Of a stretch of 64,000 nucleotides of DNA, positions 1-11,700 are shown in pieces (position 1 is the stretch's first letter; every line of letters starts with the position of its first letter). Source of the stretch: Azolla caroliniana. Its lineage: Eukaryota > Plantae > Polypodiophyta. Made by a program: the position numbers and the translations under genes. The DNA is taken from the NCBI GenBank assembly GCA_043228905.1, contig JBHGNT010000016.1, positions 16,368,001-16,432,000 of the forward strand, given 5' to 3'. The notes below the pieces were generated by a model. It saw nothing but the letters and a program-made list of their open reading frames with translations, was not told the origin of the DNA and did no database searches.

Positions 1-32
1 TAAACCTAGGTACCACAGAGGACACAAGACAG

Positions 33-3013
33 GTGCACATCGCCAAGGAAATGACGCCGGAGAACAAAACGGCAATGATCACACTCCTAAAAGAATTTTG
101 CGATGTGTTCGCTTGGTCCTACAAGGACATGTCGGGACTCGATCCTCAGTTGTATCAACACCAGATACATCTGAGCAAAGATGCCAAACCGGTAGCGCAA
201 CGACGTTACCGGATGAACCCGAATTACGCGACAAAAGTCAAAGAAGAAATCGACAAGTTGCTAAGAGTGGGCTTCATCCTACCGGTAAAGAAAGCCACAT
301 GGCTCAGCCTGATAGTCGTAGTACCCAAAAACAATGGTAAGATAAGAGTGTGCGTCGACTACCGGAAATTGAATGCGGCTACGATAACAAACGGTTTTCC
401 ACTTCCATTCATGGATGGAGTCCTGGATGTGGTCGCCGGTCATAAGGTGTACAGTTTTCTAGACGGTTTCAGCGGCTATAATCAGATCTGGATGCACCCT
501 GCCGACCAGGAGAAAACTGCTTTTGTCACCGAATAGGGAGTCTTTGTTGCTGTAGTGATGATGTTCGGACTGAAAATGGCGTCGACAACCTTCTAGCGGA
601 TCATCATGGAGATTTTCGGAGAATTCATTCCGGCATTCATGCAGGTGTTCTTGGACGACTTCACTATTTATAGCCAGGAAGGGGATCACCTTTAGCACCT
701 TCGACTATGTCTCGAGAAATGTAGGGTTTATCAACTAAGCCTGAACCTGGCAAAATGCTTGTTCGGAGTAACCGGCAGAGCGTTACTAGGCCACATATTG
801 AGCAAGGACGGTATCGTAGTGGATCCGGACAAAGTAAAAGCAATCCTGGAGGCACCGGCACCAACCACGACAAAAGCACTAAGCCGGTTCTTAGGACAAA
901 TTCGGTGGCATAGCCGAATGCTCCGGTATCTGGCAGACCTGGCTACACCATTGAATGGCGCGGTACATCGGACACTGTTCCGATGGACGGACACAGAAGA
1001 CCAGGCTTATCGGGCACTAAAAGTACTGTTGTCACAAGCGCCGGTGGTGCAACCTCCGGATTGGTCTAAAGAGTTCCATGTGTTCGTTGACACGTCCGAC
1101 ATCGCAATCGGGAGCGCACTAATGCAACTGACAGAACTGAAATGGTACCGGCCAGTCTATTATGCCAGCCGAAAGCTGTCCCAAGCGGAACGGAATTATT
1201 CCACAACGGAAAGGGAGGCCTTGGGTATGATCTATAGTGTCACCAAGTTTAGACACTATTTGTTGGGAAGGAAATTTTCCTTTCGCGTAGATCATTCGGC
1301 GCTCCTCTACTTGGTGTCCAAAGCATCACTCACCGGTAAGCTGGCCCGGTGGACGTTACTATTGCAAGAATTCGAGTTCGAGATATTCCACCGACCCGGC
1401 ATACAACATGCGGTAGCAGACTATTTAAGCTGGTTGGATTCATGTGAACCCGGTGACGGAGTCCCAGACGACTTTCCGGATGCTGAGCTGTTTAGAATCA
1501 TAGTAGAAACGGCAACGAATAGTACGGTCGCAGAGGAAGACAAGTGGCTCACCAACATGCACCAATTTCTGAGCATCGGCTTACCTCCGAAGGAGATGAA
1601 CAGAGACGAAAGGAAACGCTTAGCCATTCAAAGCCGACATTTCTGTCTATTACAGGACACACTGTACCACAAAGGCGCAGATGGCATATGGGGGCGTGCA
1701 ATGCGCAACGATGAAAAGGGAATAATATTGTGCGAAGCACACTGCGGCGTGGCTGGAGGACATTATGCCGGAGACGCTACGACAGGATAAATATGGTAGA
1801 GTGGACTATGGTGGCCGAAAACATTGAAGGATGTAGTCCGGTACGCTAAAGAATGCGACCTAGTCAACGACTGGGCCAACCAACCAAACAAGCCAGAATG
1901 CCAAGCCAGCACGTGCTACTGTTAGAACCATTTCAGAAATGGGGGCTAGATTTTGTCGGTCCATTCAAACCACCGGCAATGAGAACCGACAACCGGTACG
2001 TGATTGTCGCTACGGATTACTGCACAAAATGGGTGGAAGCCAAAGCACTACGCGACAACACCACGACATCCACGGCAAAAATTTTATATGAATGCATCTG
2101 GTGCTGGTATGGATGTCCGATAGAGCTCATAAGTGACCAAGGTGGGCACTTCTTAGGGCAAGCAGTGGAAAGTTTGACGACATTTTATGCGGTGGTGCAC
2201 AAACGGAGCACTCCCTATTGTCAGCAAGCCAACGGATTAGCTGAGTCAACAAATAAAACACTACAGAACATCCTACGAAAAATCGTCAATGAGAACCAGA
2301 CGGATTGGGATACAAAGCTGCACAATGCACTCTAGGCCTACCGAACGGCATATAAGACAAGTATCCGTACAACACCGTTTCGCCTAGCATTCAGATTGGA
2401 AGCAGTGACGCTGGTAGAGTTCCAGGTACCGAGTTTACGAATACAGATTCGGGAACGCCTAAACGAGAAGGAATCGGAAGCTATCCAGTGAGCCGCGTTG
2501 TGCGAATTGGAAGAACACTGGCTAGCTAGCATCATGCACCTTGAACTAGAGTAGCGGCGAAGGAAGGAATTCGTGGATCGTCACCGGAAAGGGAACGAAA
2601 AGATGTTCAGAATCGGTAAACCGGTACTAGTATTCCAGACCCGGATGGGTAAGATGCTCGGAAAGCTACGGTTTCGGTGGACCAAACCATACTGGATTAC
2701 GCGTGAGTTCAACGGTTCCTACCAATTAGAGACACTCGCCGGTGAGGTTCTAGGTAAATGGGTCAATGGGTTCCGACTCAAACCATACAATGGACCCATG
2801 CAAAGAAACCCGTTTGAACAAGTAAAGGCCGACGCAGAACTGGACACCGGTAAGTCAGAAGAGACGGCAACACGTTCAGGAATCGGCAAGCGTGAAGCCG
2901 GTAAAAGGGAGCACGAGCCGATAAACGACAAGAACGACGGGACGGCAAGAAGTCCAGTGGCCGGCAAGGACCGCAATCCGGATAGGGGTCTAGTGGGACC
3001 GGATGCGAATTAA
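33..3013 (+). pseudogene. pol: gypsy pol remnant (RT-RNase H-integrase) with multiple stops and a frameshift
   Basis: RVCVDYRKLN, FLDGFSGYNQI and FLDD RT motifs; VFVDTSDIAIG RNase H; [13 protein letters not shown] integrase. Confidence 0.95.
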
Positions 3014-3407
3014 GAAAACCATTTTTATCTAAAATAAAATTTAAAAAAATTATTAAAAAAATCAAATCAACCAAAGTAAATCATGCAAGGGTGAGGTGTG
3101 AATAGACACATGCAAGAATAGGGAGTGAACAGGCACCTTGAAAAGGTACGTAGTGGGTTATTAATAGGATATTAAACTGCCGCCACATGGCACGTCATTC
3201 TATTTTAGTACACGACGTGCACACGCGTGAGTTAGAAAAAAGGCGCCAACATGCAGCAAGAAAACTCCCACCGCGTGGAAGCCTTCACATTTTGCGAACA
3301 GAGGAGCACAAACGAGCACAGGCGATTGAAGATCATCAGACGCGAGCCCACACACAGAGCCTCCTCAAACGCACCCCTCACCAACGCTCACCGACCTCGA
3401 AGAAGCC

Positions 3408-5330
3408 ATGGACTGCCAAGCACTCTCTGAAGCAGCCAAGAAGTGGCTAAGGCAGCACACAGGTTAGAGGGTTTCCTCACAATCATGGAGGCGCCACCGC
3501 ACCGGGAGGCGGAGAAGATAGTCAAGGAAATCGACACGGAGCTGATCACTGAGGAGGCCATCCATGCATTGATTGGCCTTCCGGAAGGGGGTATCTTCAC
3601 TATCGACAACCCTACCCAAGAGCAGCTTCGAAAATATTTTGGGGAATACTCTCTGGCCAGCAAGGCCTACCGGACACAGGGCGGCGAAGATCCACTCTTT
3701 CGAGAGATTGCCCGTGTGCTCCATGAATTTGGACATGTATACCCTCAACTCCCGTGCATGCCCCAGAACCGGGCCGGCTTAATAATAGCCACATATGAAG
3801 GCGTGAAGGTGGACTAGGTGGTACTAATTGCGGATGGTCTCTGTGTGGCCATCGACTCTGTCAGAGGCAAGGAGAGTCAGAAGATATGGACGGCAGTGGT
3901 GCAATGTCTCACCCTATTGGCGCCACCTATTGAGCCCTTCAAGACCACGAAGTGGGGAAGAACAACCGAAGGCACCCCGAAAATGGCAGCAGTTGTTGGC
4001 TTCTAAGGAAACCAAAGGGAAGGCAGTAGACATGAACCAAGTGGCAAAGGAGCGCGCCAATAGGAAGCGGCAAGCGGAAACCTAGGAGGAGCCACCGACA
4101 CGGCCAATCAAGATCAGGCTTCACCAACCGGTTCAACAAGCGTCGGACCCCTTGGCAGCAAAAATCAATATCAGGACTCATGAGGAGGAAGCGGAGGAGG
4201 AACCGTTAGAACACCTCCTGCGGCGCCAGAAGGCAAGCACCTCCGAACAGGCCGAGGAGCGTTCGGACCCAAAGAAGGATGGAACACCTGTACCCCGCAC
4301 TGAGAAGCCCGCACCAAGGATGGAACCGGAACCGGTTCAGACAGAACCGGTCACAAAGCTCCCTACACAACAACCTCTACCGGTGGGGCAAGATACGGCA
4401 AGACTCGAAATGCAAGCGTCGGAAGTACAGTCGCCTACCCCACCGACAGGCCAAGAGCATTCAGAGGTGGAGCGGCCAACGGAGCCGCAACCGGAACAGC
4501 AAAGTGGTCACCAACAAGAGCCAGAGTTGCAACTCGACACAACCGAACAAAACCGACCACTAGCCAGCGACACCAACAGCCAACCCTCCGGATAGACGAA
4601 ACAACAGGGCACCGACAGCCAATGGCTCCGGTGGATTGGAGAACAGATTGCCAATGTGGTACACTACATAGAGGTGGAAGAGAAAGCGCAAGTGGAACGG
4701 TTGCTCGTCACAACCGGAGAACTAGAGATGGCCCGGTCAAGGATCTGGAGCTTAGAACAAGACTTGGACCTGGTCATAGAGGAATTGGCCAAAATGGCCT
4801 TAACCGAACCACCGATCCAAGCATCGGTGACTCCGGTAGATGTACAGAATAAAGAAACACTGGCACCTGTACATAGCAATAAGACCCCGGAGACGGAACT
4901 AGTCTCCGAGATAGTGGCGGCGCAAGCAAAAGAGCTTGCTGAATTAAGAGATGAATTGGCCGCACAAGAAGCATTACGCACTCGAGAGCGGGACTTGAAG
5001 AAAGCAGCAGAAGAAGAGCAACGAAAGACTGCTGAGAACCTCCGCCGGGAAGAAGAGAATCTGCGAAAAGGCCATCAGGCATATGACCGGCTGAAGGAGG
5101 AGAAAGAGAAGGCGCTGCAAGAAAAGGAGAAGCTGTGACGGATGGCGGAAACAGAGATCGAAAGACTTAAAGAAGAACTCTGTCAACAGAAGGATCGTGA
5201 AGACCGCACCAACTAGCAACTCAACCAAAAGCTGAAGCAAAAGATCGATGATTTCGAGCACCTGCACCGGGACTACAAGCACCTGGATACGGAGCACAAG
5301 AAACAGCAGGAGAAGATGGCAGAGCTCCGG
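3408..5330 (+). pseudogene. Decayed copy of the family A extra ORF (ORF3)
   Basis: Begins MDCQALSEAAKKWLRQ; contains ITEEAIHALIGLPEGG and YRTQGGEDPLFREIARVLHE, then coiled-coil ELAAQEALR, as in 58715-61384. Confidence 0.9.
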
Positions 5331-5749
5331 GATGCCTCAAAAGCTCAGTGAGATATCCTATCTTGTGGTTGGCTATGTATCCGGTGAATAAAAACTACCA
5401 CTTGAAAGAGTGCTTCTACTAACATCGGGGGTAGACTAAACTCTGCTCTAATAATGTCATGTGGTACTGTCGATTTGCTTCGGAGTTGACATGATAACAT
5501 TGTCACCAAAGGTCTCTCTAATTGTGTCCACATGAAAGATGGTAGACCTGGAGCCCATACCACAGATGCATAGATGAGGGAAGGGGTCACGAATGAGTCA
5601 AAGAGCCATCCCTTAGTCCATGGCTCTTGAAAGTATCCTTGGTGGCATTATCTCTCTAAGAGTGAGGGGGATGCATACCCTCTCATTAGCCTATCTTTGG
5701 TTGCCTGGATCATCGAGAATTTACCTAAGCGGGCACTAAAAGTGACTCC
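5328..5749 (-). repeat. 422-bp LINE fragment, ~96% identical to 7743-8164
   Basis: Gapless alignment at offset 2415, about 18 mismatches by eye. Confidence 0.9.
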
Positions 5750-7673
5750 GGCAAGGGCAAGCAGGGAGCGGTGTGTCGAGCCGGGAATGTGCACCCAAAG
5801 TGGAACAAGAGACATGCATATGGCAATCGAGGGCTGGTTCGAAGCGCGATTACGGGATGGTGTTCGGCATAGGCGGTGCCTAACAAGGACGGCGGAAGAC
5901 GGCACACGGTGGTGACGAGAACGAGGGAACCGGGTGAAGAGTAGACGACAAGGGTCGGTAGCTGGAAGCGGTATCAAAGGTCCAAGAAGAATCCTCCACA
6001 CCTACTTCGGAGATATCGACAGCTCAATCGGAGTGGCAACGACTGGCATGGCAAGCCAAGCCAAGAAAACGAGCTGGTGGGGGCGGGGGACGACGGTGAG
6101 CTGATGGCACCGATCTGACTGCGACAATGCACAACGAAAGGCGGGAGCCAAGTAGGCTACTACGGGGTGTACCTCGGGCATGGAGGACACCGGCATGCAG
6201 AAAGGCGTCGATGCACGATCTGGCTGGGCAAGGGCCGACGACGCATGCATGGGAAGTAATCGGAGTTCGGTACGAGCGATACTGAACAACGAGGACGGAA
6301 TGCACGTCACACGAAGGTCCTAGAGCGGGAGTACAAGCACGAAGGATGGTTGTCGGTTCAGGTGATCTCGCGTAGACAGCCGAAGAGGGGTCCTCCACAC
6401 CAGTTCCTGAGACCTTGGCAGTTTGAACCAATGCGGCAATGTAACACTGAGGAGAAGGAAGGTGGCGGCGAGGGGACGAAGGATGGTTGTCGGTTCAGGT
6501 GATCTCGCATAGACAGCCGAAGAGGGGTCCTCCACACCAGTTCTTGAGACCTTGGCAGTTTGAACCGATGCGGCAATGTAACACCGAGGAGAAGGAAGGT
6601 GGCGGCGAGGGGATGAAGGTGACGGACGACAAGGGACGGCAACCGAGACGACGCACAGGTCTACGAAGGCTAAGCGGGCCATCACGCGACCCTCACCATG
6701 TTCTATAAAAGGGAGGGCACGCTTCTTTTACAAGGGTTCCCACCCGTTGGGTCCCAAACTGTTTTGTTCCTCATCGTTGCTTGTTCTGGATGTTCCATAG
6801 GTTCCGTTTGTGTTAATAAACTTCTATGTATAACGTCTATTTTGGGTCTACGGTTCATCTTGGTGTGTGCGTGCGTTGTCTCTATTTTTCTATTAGGGTT
6901 TCGGTGTCATCTCTGTGCGTGCATAGGTGGTGTGTTCGGTTGTGGTAGGCAGCGTGCGTACTGTCTGCGCCTTTCCTAAGTCTCCGCTTGTTGGCTCTCA
7001 TCATTCTGTGGCCTGGCATGACTGTGTGTGTGAGTGTGTAGGTGATGGCTTCTATCGCTTATGCAGAGCCCGCGCACTAGGTGGTTCGTTGGAAGGTTTC
7101 CCTCCTTGGCACACAAGACCCAACTTGAGTCAGCGAGCCCGTGCGCTCCCTACAGGCGGCTTAGCGATAGGAGGTGGTCGTTCTGGAAGGGGTGTGCCCT
7201 GCACGAGGGTCTCGTCGTGCGAACAAGCCTAGGATCTCCCCAACCGGCCCTAGGATGCAGGCTCCCTCTTCCTCTCCATGTGGAACTAGCATCGCATATG
7301 TATGTGTGTGTTTGTTTCCGGTTTGCGTAGGGTCCGAGAGCGGGTGCGTGCATGGTCACCGGTGTAGAGGTGCCGGTTGTAACCGGGTGTGTATATGTGT
7401 GTGTATGTGTGTGCAAGGGCGCGGTTAACCGGGCCATGTCCTGTGCCTCTTTTGGGCCCCTGGTATAGACGGACGGAAGGGGCGGCAAGGACGAGGGCCC
7501 ACTCTCTCATTTCCCGTGCGATTATCGGTCATGTCCGTAGAGTATCTGGGATCGAACCGGCCAGCAACGCGGCAAGCTGCGGAGGATTCGGGTCCCAGCA
7601 ACTCCTCCCCTCCTGGTGCATGACCCCGATTGTCCCACCCAGATCTGACATGCAAGCGCGGATTACTGCGACA
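5750..7673 (+). mobile_element. 5'-truncated large LTR remnant inserted in the LINE
   Basis: GC-rich U3-like part, TATAAAA near 6704, AATAAA near 6815, GT-rich U5-like part; ends in GCGACA exactly where the LINE reading frame resumes. Confidence 0.6.
6339..6612. repeat. 137-bp tandem duplication (2 copies)
   Basis: ACGAAGGATGGTTGTCGG... at 6339 and 6476, few mismatches. Confidence 0.95.
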
Positions 7674-10600
7674 CCGTTTGCAAGTAACCAACTCACCACA
7701 ATTCTATACCAAGAGCTAGTGTCTCCAGACGCATGTAGGGATCGGGATGCCTCAAAGGCTTCGTGGGATATCCTATCTTGTGGTTGGCTATGTATCCGGT
7801 GAATAAAAACTACCACTTGAAAGAGTGCTTCTACTAACATCAGGGGTAGACTAAACTCTGCTCTAATAATGTCATGTGGTACTGTCGATTTGCTTCGGAG
7901 TTGACATGATAACATTGTCACCAAAGGTCTCTCTAATTGTGTCCACATGAAAGATGGTAGACTTGGAGCCCATACGACATATGCATAGATGAGGGAAGGG
8001 GTCACAAATGAGTCAAAGAATCATCCCTTAGTCCATGACTCTTGAAAGTATGCCTGGTGGCATTGTCTCTCTAAGAGTGAGGGGGATGCACACCCTCTCG
8101 TTAGCCTATCTTTGGTTGCCTGGGTCATCGAGAATTTACCTAAGCGGGCACTAAAAGTGACTCCCAAGTATACATATGATCCCACAACCTCAATTAGTTT
8201 ATGAGAGAGGATTAGGTGACATTTACTCCTAACTCGGAACTATTTATGAAAGATAAGGACTCCTAACTCGCGAGATTCACTACCAGTCCTCGTTGTGTAC
8301 AAAAGTCATCTAGGGCATTAAGATGCTTTTGTAGGTCGTGTTTCGATTTCGAGAGAAAGACAATGTCGTTTTCATAGAGTAAGAGATGAACTTGCATATC
8401 CCTAATAGCCATTCCCTTGCCTCCCTTACGAGCAATAAAATCATTGATCTCATCAATGTAGATCCCAAAAAGAGTCGTTGATAGGGGGCAACCCTGTTTT
8501 ACACCAATGGTGCCATTGAAACAATCAGATAGGCCACTTGGGCATCTTACGCACCCAGAGACTCACTCATATAGGGCATAAATGGCCCAGATCATGTCAT
8601 TTGGTATCTCCAAGCTCTTAAGTCTATCAAACAACCTCTCCCTAGGAACTATGTCAAAGGCTTTGTGGAAGTCCACAAAGCAACAATATAGTTTCTTCTT
8701 ACGAGCTTTCGTCTGGTCAATTAAGCACTTAAGTGTGAAGATATGGTCAATAGTGGAGAGGGCTCGTCTAAAGCCAACCTGCTCAGGTGCTTGAAGACTT
8801 AATGTTTCCATATAATTGCTAAGCTCCGCTTCCATTACTGCACCATATAGTTTAGCGAGCGTATGACCTATCATAATGGTCTTATATGTATTTGGGTCCA
8901 TTGGGTTCCCTCCTTTGATGTATATGGGCCATTGTGTTCATGGCCCATTGTGGTGGAAAACCCTCGACGAGGGCGCGGTTGAAGATTAGAGTGAGAAGGG
9001 GGGCTAGGCACTCTCAAGCATATATGATGTGCTCAGCTCGCAATCCTGTGTAGTCCATGGATTTCCTATGTTGTAATTTTTTATGACCTTCGTGACACTA
9101 GAGGTCGTGAAAAGTGTCCCCATGGTAGGTCAAGGTGTGGAAGGCATTGGAATGGGTGGTTGGTTCGGGACATGGTAGAGTCTCTCGTATATGTGTGCCA
9201 AATATTGGGATCCTCAATGGTGTTTGTGGTCTCGATTCCCGTAGTCTCTTCAATGCAAGGGCACAGTCCCTACTCATGAGCATATGGTAGAGTTCGCAAT
9301 ACTGAGATGCTTCCCAAGCTTGTCTTTTACAATGTGTCATCTTGTGCATCTCTTTGCGAGCCTGTACTGAGGAAATAGTACCACTAAGTCGCGACACTTT
9401 AAGTTGTCTATACAACTCTCTACAATCGTCATCATACCACTTGTTCTGTGGCATAGACCTTATTCTACTATGACTGGAGGCTTTCGTGTATGGGAAGCTA
9501 CTAATTGTTGCTCAGTGAAGGATGTGTGTGAGTTCTGTAGTGAGGTTCTCTAAAGGCAAGGAGGAATCAAAAGAGGAGAGATGGGCTTGAACATGTCGAG
9601 AGTAGATGTCAGCGAGCTCATGCGTGAAATGTATTATGGTGTGATGGGTTGGTTGACTAGAGTTGGAGGAGTGGGAGGTGTCACATTTTAGCTCAAAGTA
9701 TAGGAAGCTATGGTCTGCACCAATGGGGCATGGGGCCACCTGGAAGGAGTTAACCATGTGGGTAGCTTCAAGGCTTCCTATTAGGTAATCAACTGTGCTT
9801 TCCCCTCCTCCATGTGGGAAAGATGTGAGCTCTTCCGAGCCCGGCCACTTGGCTAAGCTATTATATATGATCATCTGGTGTCGGCTTCCAAGTTCAAGCA
9901 GATGATGGCCAAAGCTTGTGGTGCCCACACCTTGATCCTTTGATGTAGGTGCTATGCCTAAGGCTAAAGGGTCGACATTCAGCATTTCTAGGTTTCTATC
10001 CATCTAAAATATTGTGCATTGTCGGGATTGGGTTCTCGCATTGAAATCTCCTACAAGGAAAACTTCCCCTTGAGAAGAATATTGGATTATGTCATCCGAT
10101 AAAGGTTCATATGGAGAAGGTCCATGTGGCATTCCTTCATCAACTATACTCGCCTCTCCAGCCATATTATATCGGGATCCTTTCGGGGGGAAGTAACATA
10201 CGACGATAAATATCACCTGATCCTTGCTAGTGAGGACTTTCACCCACATAAAACGGGCTTCTGGGTCTGTCTTTAGTATTCTATCCTATTATGTATCTCT
10301 CTCGGAAATAATATCGCAACCCCTCCAGACCCTCTAGTAGTGTGTCGACGTGAGGTTTGTCTAAAGACAAATTCCCAACGAAAACCATCAACTCGTGGCA
10401 GTCCTCGATTTGGACTCTGATGTGTTTCTACTAAAAAAAGTATATCAAATACCTTCAAAATCTCCTGTAGACAGCCAGGGTGTGTCCAAAGTGCACCGTT
10501 ACAATTCCATAAAGTCATCCAAAGTTTATTATCTGTCACATGGGCCACACGCCGTCAATTGGCGGCGCGATCATTTATTATCACGCGTCCGTCTCGGTAA

Positions 10601-10858
10601 AAAGCACGGTGCCCCTCTCTACGAGCTTGTATGACTCGCGCCATACAAGTTTTACGATGCTCAATTTGCATCTTGGTCAGGTCTTCATCAAGGTAGATAG
10701 GGTCCCCACCCAATCCTCGAAGAATTGGTCTCTTTTTAAAAAAGGCGATTCTAGATTCTGAGTCGTTAAACTGAACGACTAAAGCTCTTTTCCTAGTGGT
10801 GTCATGACCTACCCTCCAAGTTTTAGTGATTGGTAGGGCTTCATACCCCAACATTTTC
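7674..10858 (-). mobile_element. Decayed non-LTR retrotransposon (LINE): ORF1 C-terminus plus APE endonuclease-RT ORF2, RTE/RTEX-like
   Basis: APE motifs LWNCNG, LVETH, GSGGVAIL, VGDFNART, TVDY and GADH; RT motifs QVGFRR..TIDHIF, CFVDFHKAFD and GVKQGCPLS; ORF1 fragment 10555-10854 with IYLDEDLT. Confidence 0.9.
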
Positions 10859-11410
10859 TACACACGAGTATGTCTCTCATCTTCGACTTCCACACTGAGT
10901 AGTTAGAGCCGATTAGCTTAAACGTGTTGCCGAACAAGTCTTCCATCGGTCTGATACCACTTGTTGAGATCGTGACTGGCCACAACCAGTTTCCTTCATA
11001 TATTCGTGTGCAGGAAATAAACACTCGGATAGAAAACCAAAAACAGAATAACTAGAAACAAAGAACACACAAATTTTAATGTGGAAACCCGAACTAGGAA
11101 AAAAACCATGTGGAGTTCACAAACTCTGAAAACAAATCACTATGATGATGAGGGGAGTACAACAAGAAACTCAAAGGAAACGACCTCGAGTTCTTCTTTG
11201 TCAACAGACGGCTATGGAGTTACACTTACACACACTCTCCCTCTCTCACACGTTCTCACAGTTACACAAGCAACGACCTATTCTAAGTATCTTATAAAAC
11301 TCATCATCATCTTCATAATGATTGCCCTAGATGCTTATAAACAAAAGCAACTTTCTGGCTATTTACAAGTATAGCCCACAAGGGCACATTTCGACTATTT
11401 ACAAGTATAG
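10859..11410 (-). mobile_element. Copia family E (Tork/Tnt1-like) partial 5' LTR, tRNA-Met PBS and gag start
   Basis: LTR edge at 10962; PBS TGGTATCAGA at 10959-10950; MEDLFGNTFKLIGSNYSVWKSKMRDIL; LTR similar to 43586-44178 and 16763-17369. Confidence 0.8.
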
Positions 11411-11700
11411 TCTTCCGAGTTGGCTATATCCACGATTTCGGTTTCGACCTTGGCCGAGTTACTCATCAACTTGGCTCTTCACTTCCCATCTAGAGGGACA
11501 TGTTTCCCAACAAAGAGTGTATTACAAGGGTGTAAGAGAGAGAGTGTGTGTGAGTGTGAGTCCACTGTAACCATCGTCAGACGAAGAACTCAAGATCATT
11601 GCCTTAAGATTCTTATTTGTACATTCCTCTTACGGATAGTGATTTTCTTGGAGTCTATGGACTCTCGTGTTTTTTCCCTTTTCGGGTTTTCCACATAAAT

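Larger units (their letters stand above)
1..5330 (+). mobile_element. Decayed Athila-like Ty3/gypsy element, family A copy 1 (pol plus extra ORF, truncated at 3' end)
   Basis: ORF fragments 33-536, 759-1790, 1853-2335 and 2573-3013 are colinear and highly similar to intact pol 54345-58334; 3408-5330 matches ORF3 at 58715-61384. Confidence 0.95.

Noticed and set aside
5750-6700. Possible continuation of ORF3 after the LINE filler (CTCCGGCAAG)
   Set aside because: Translation does not match the intact ORF3 beyond a few bases
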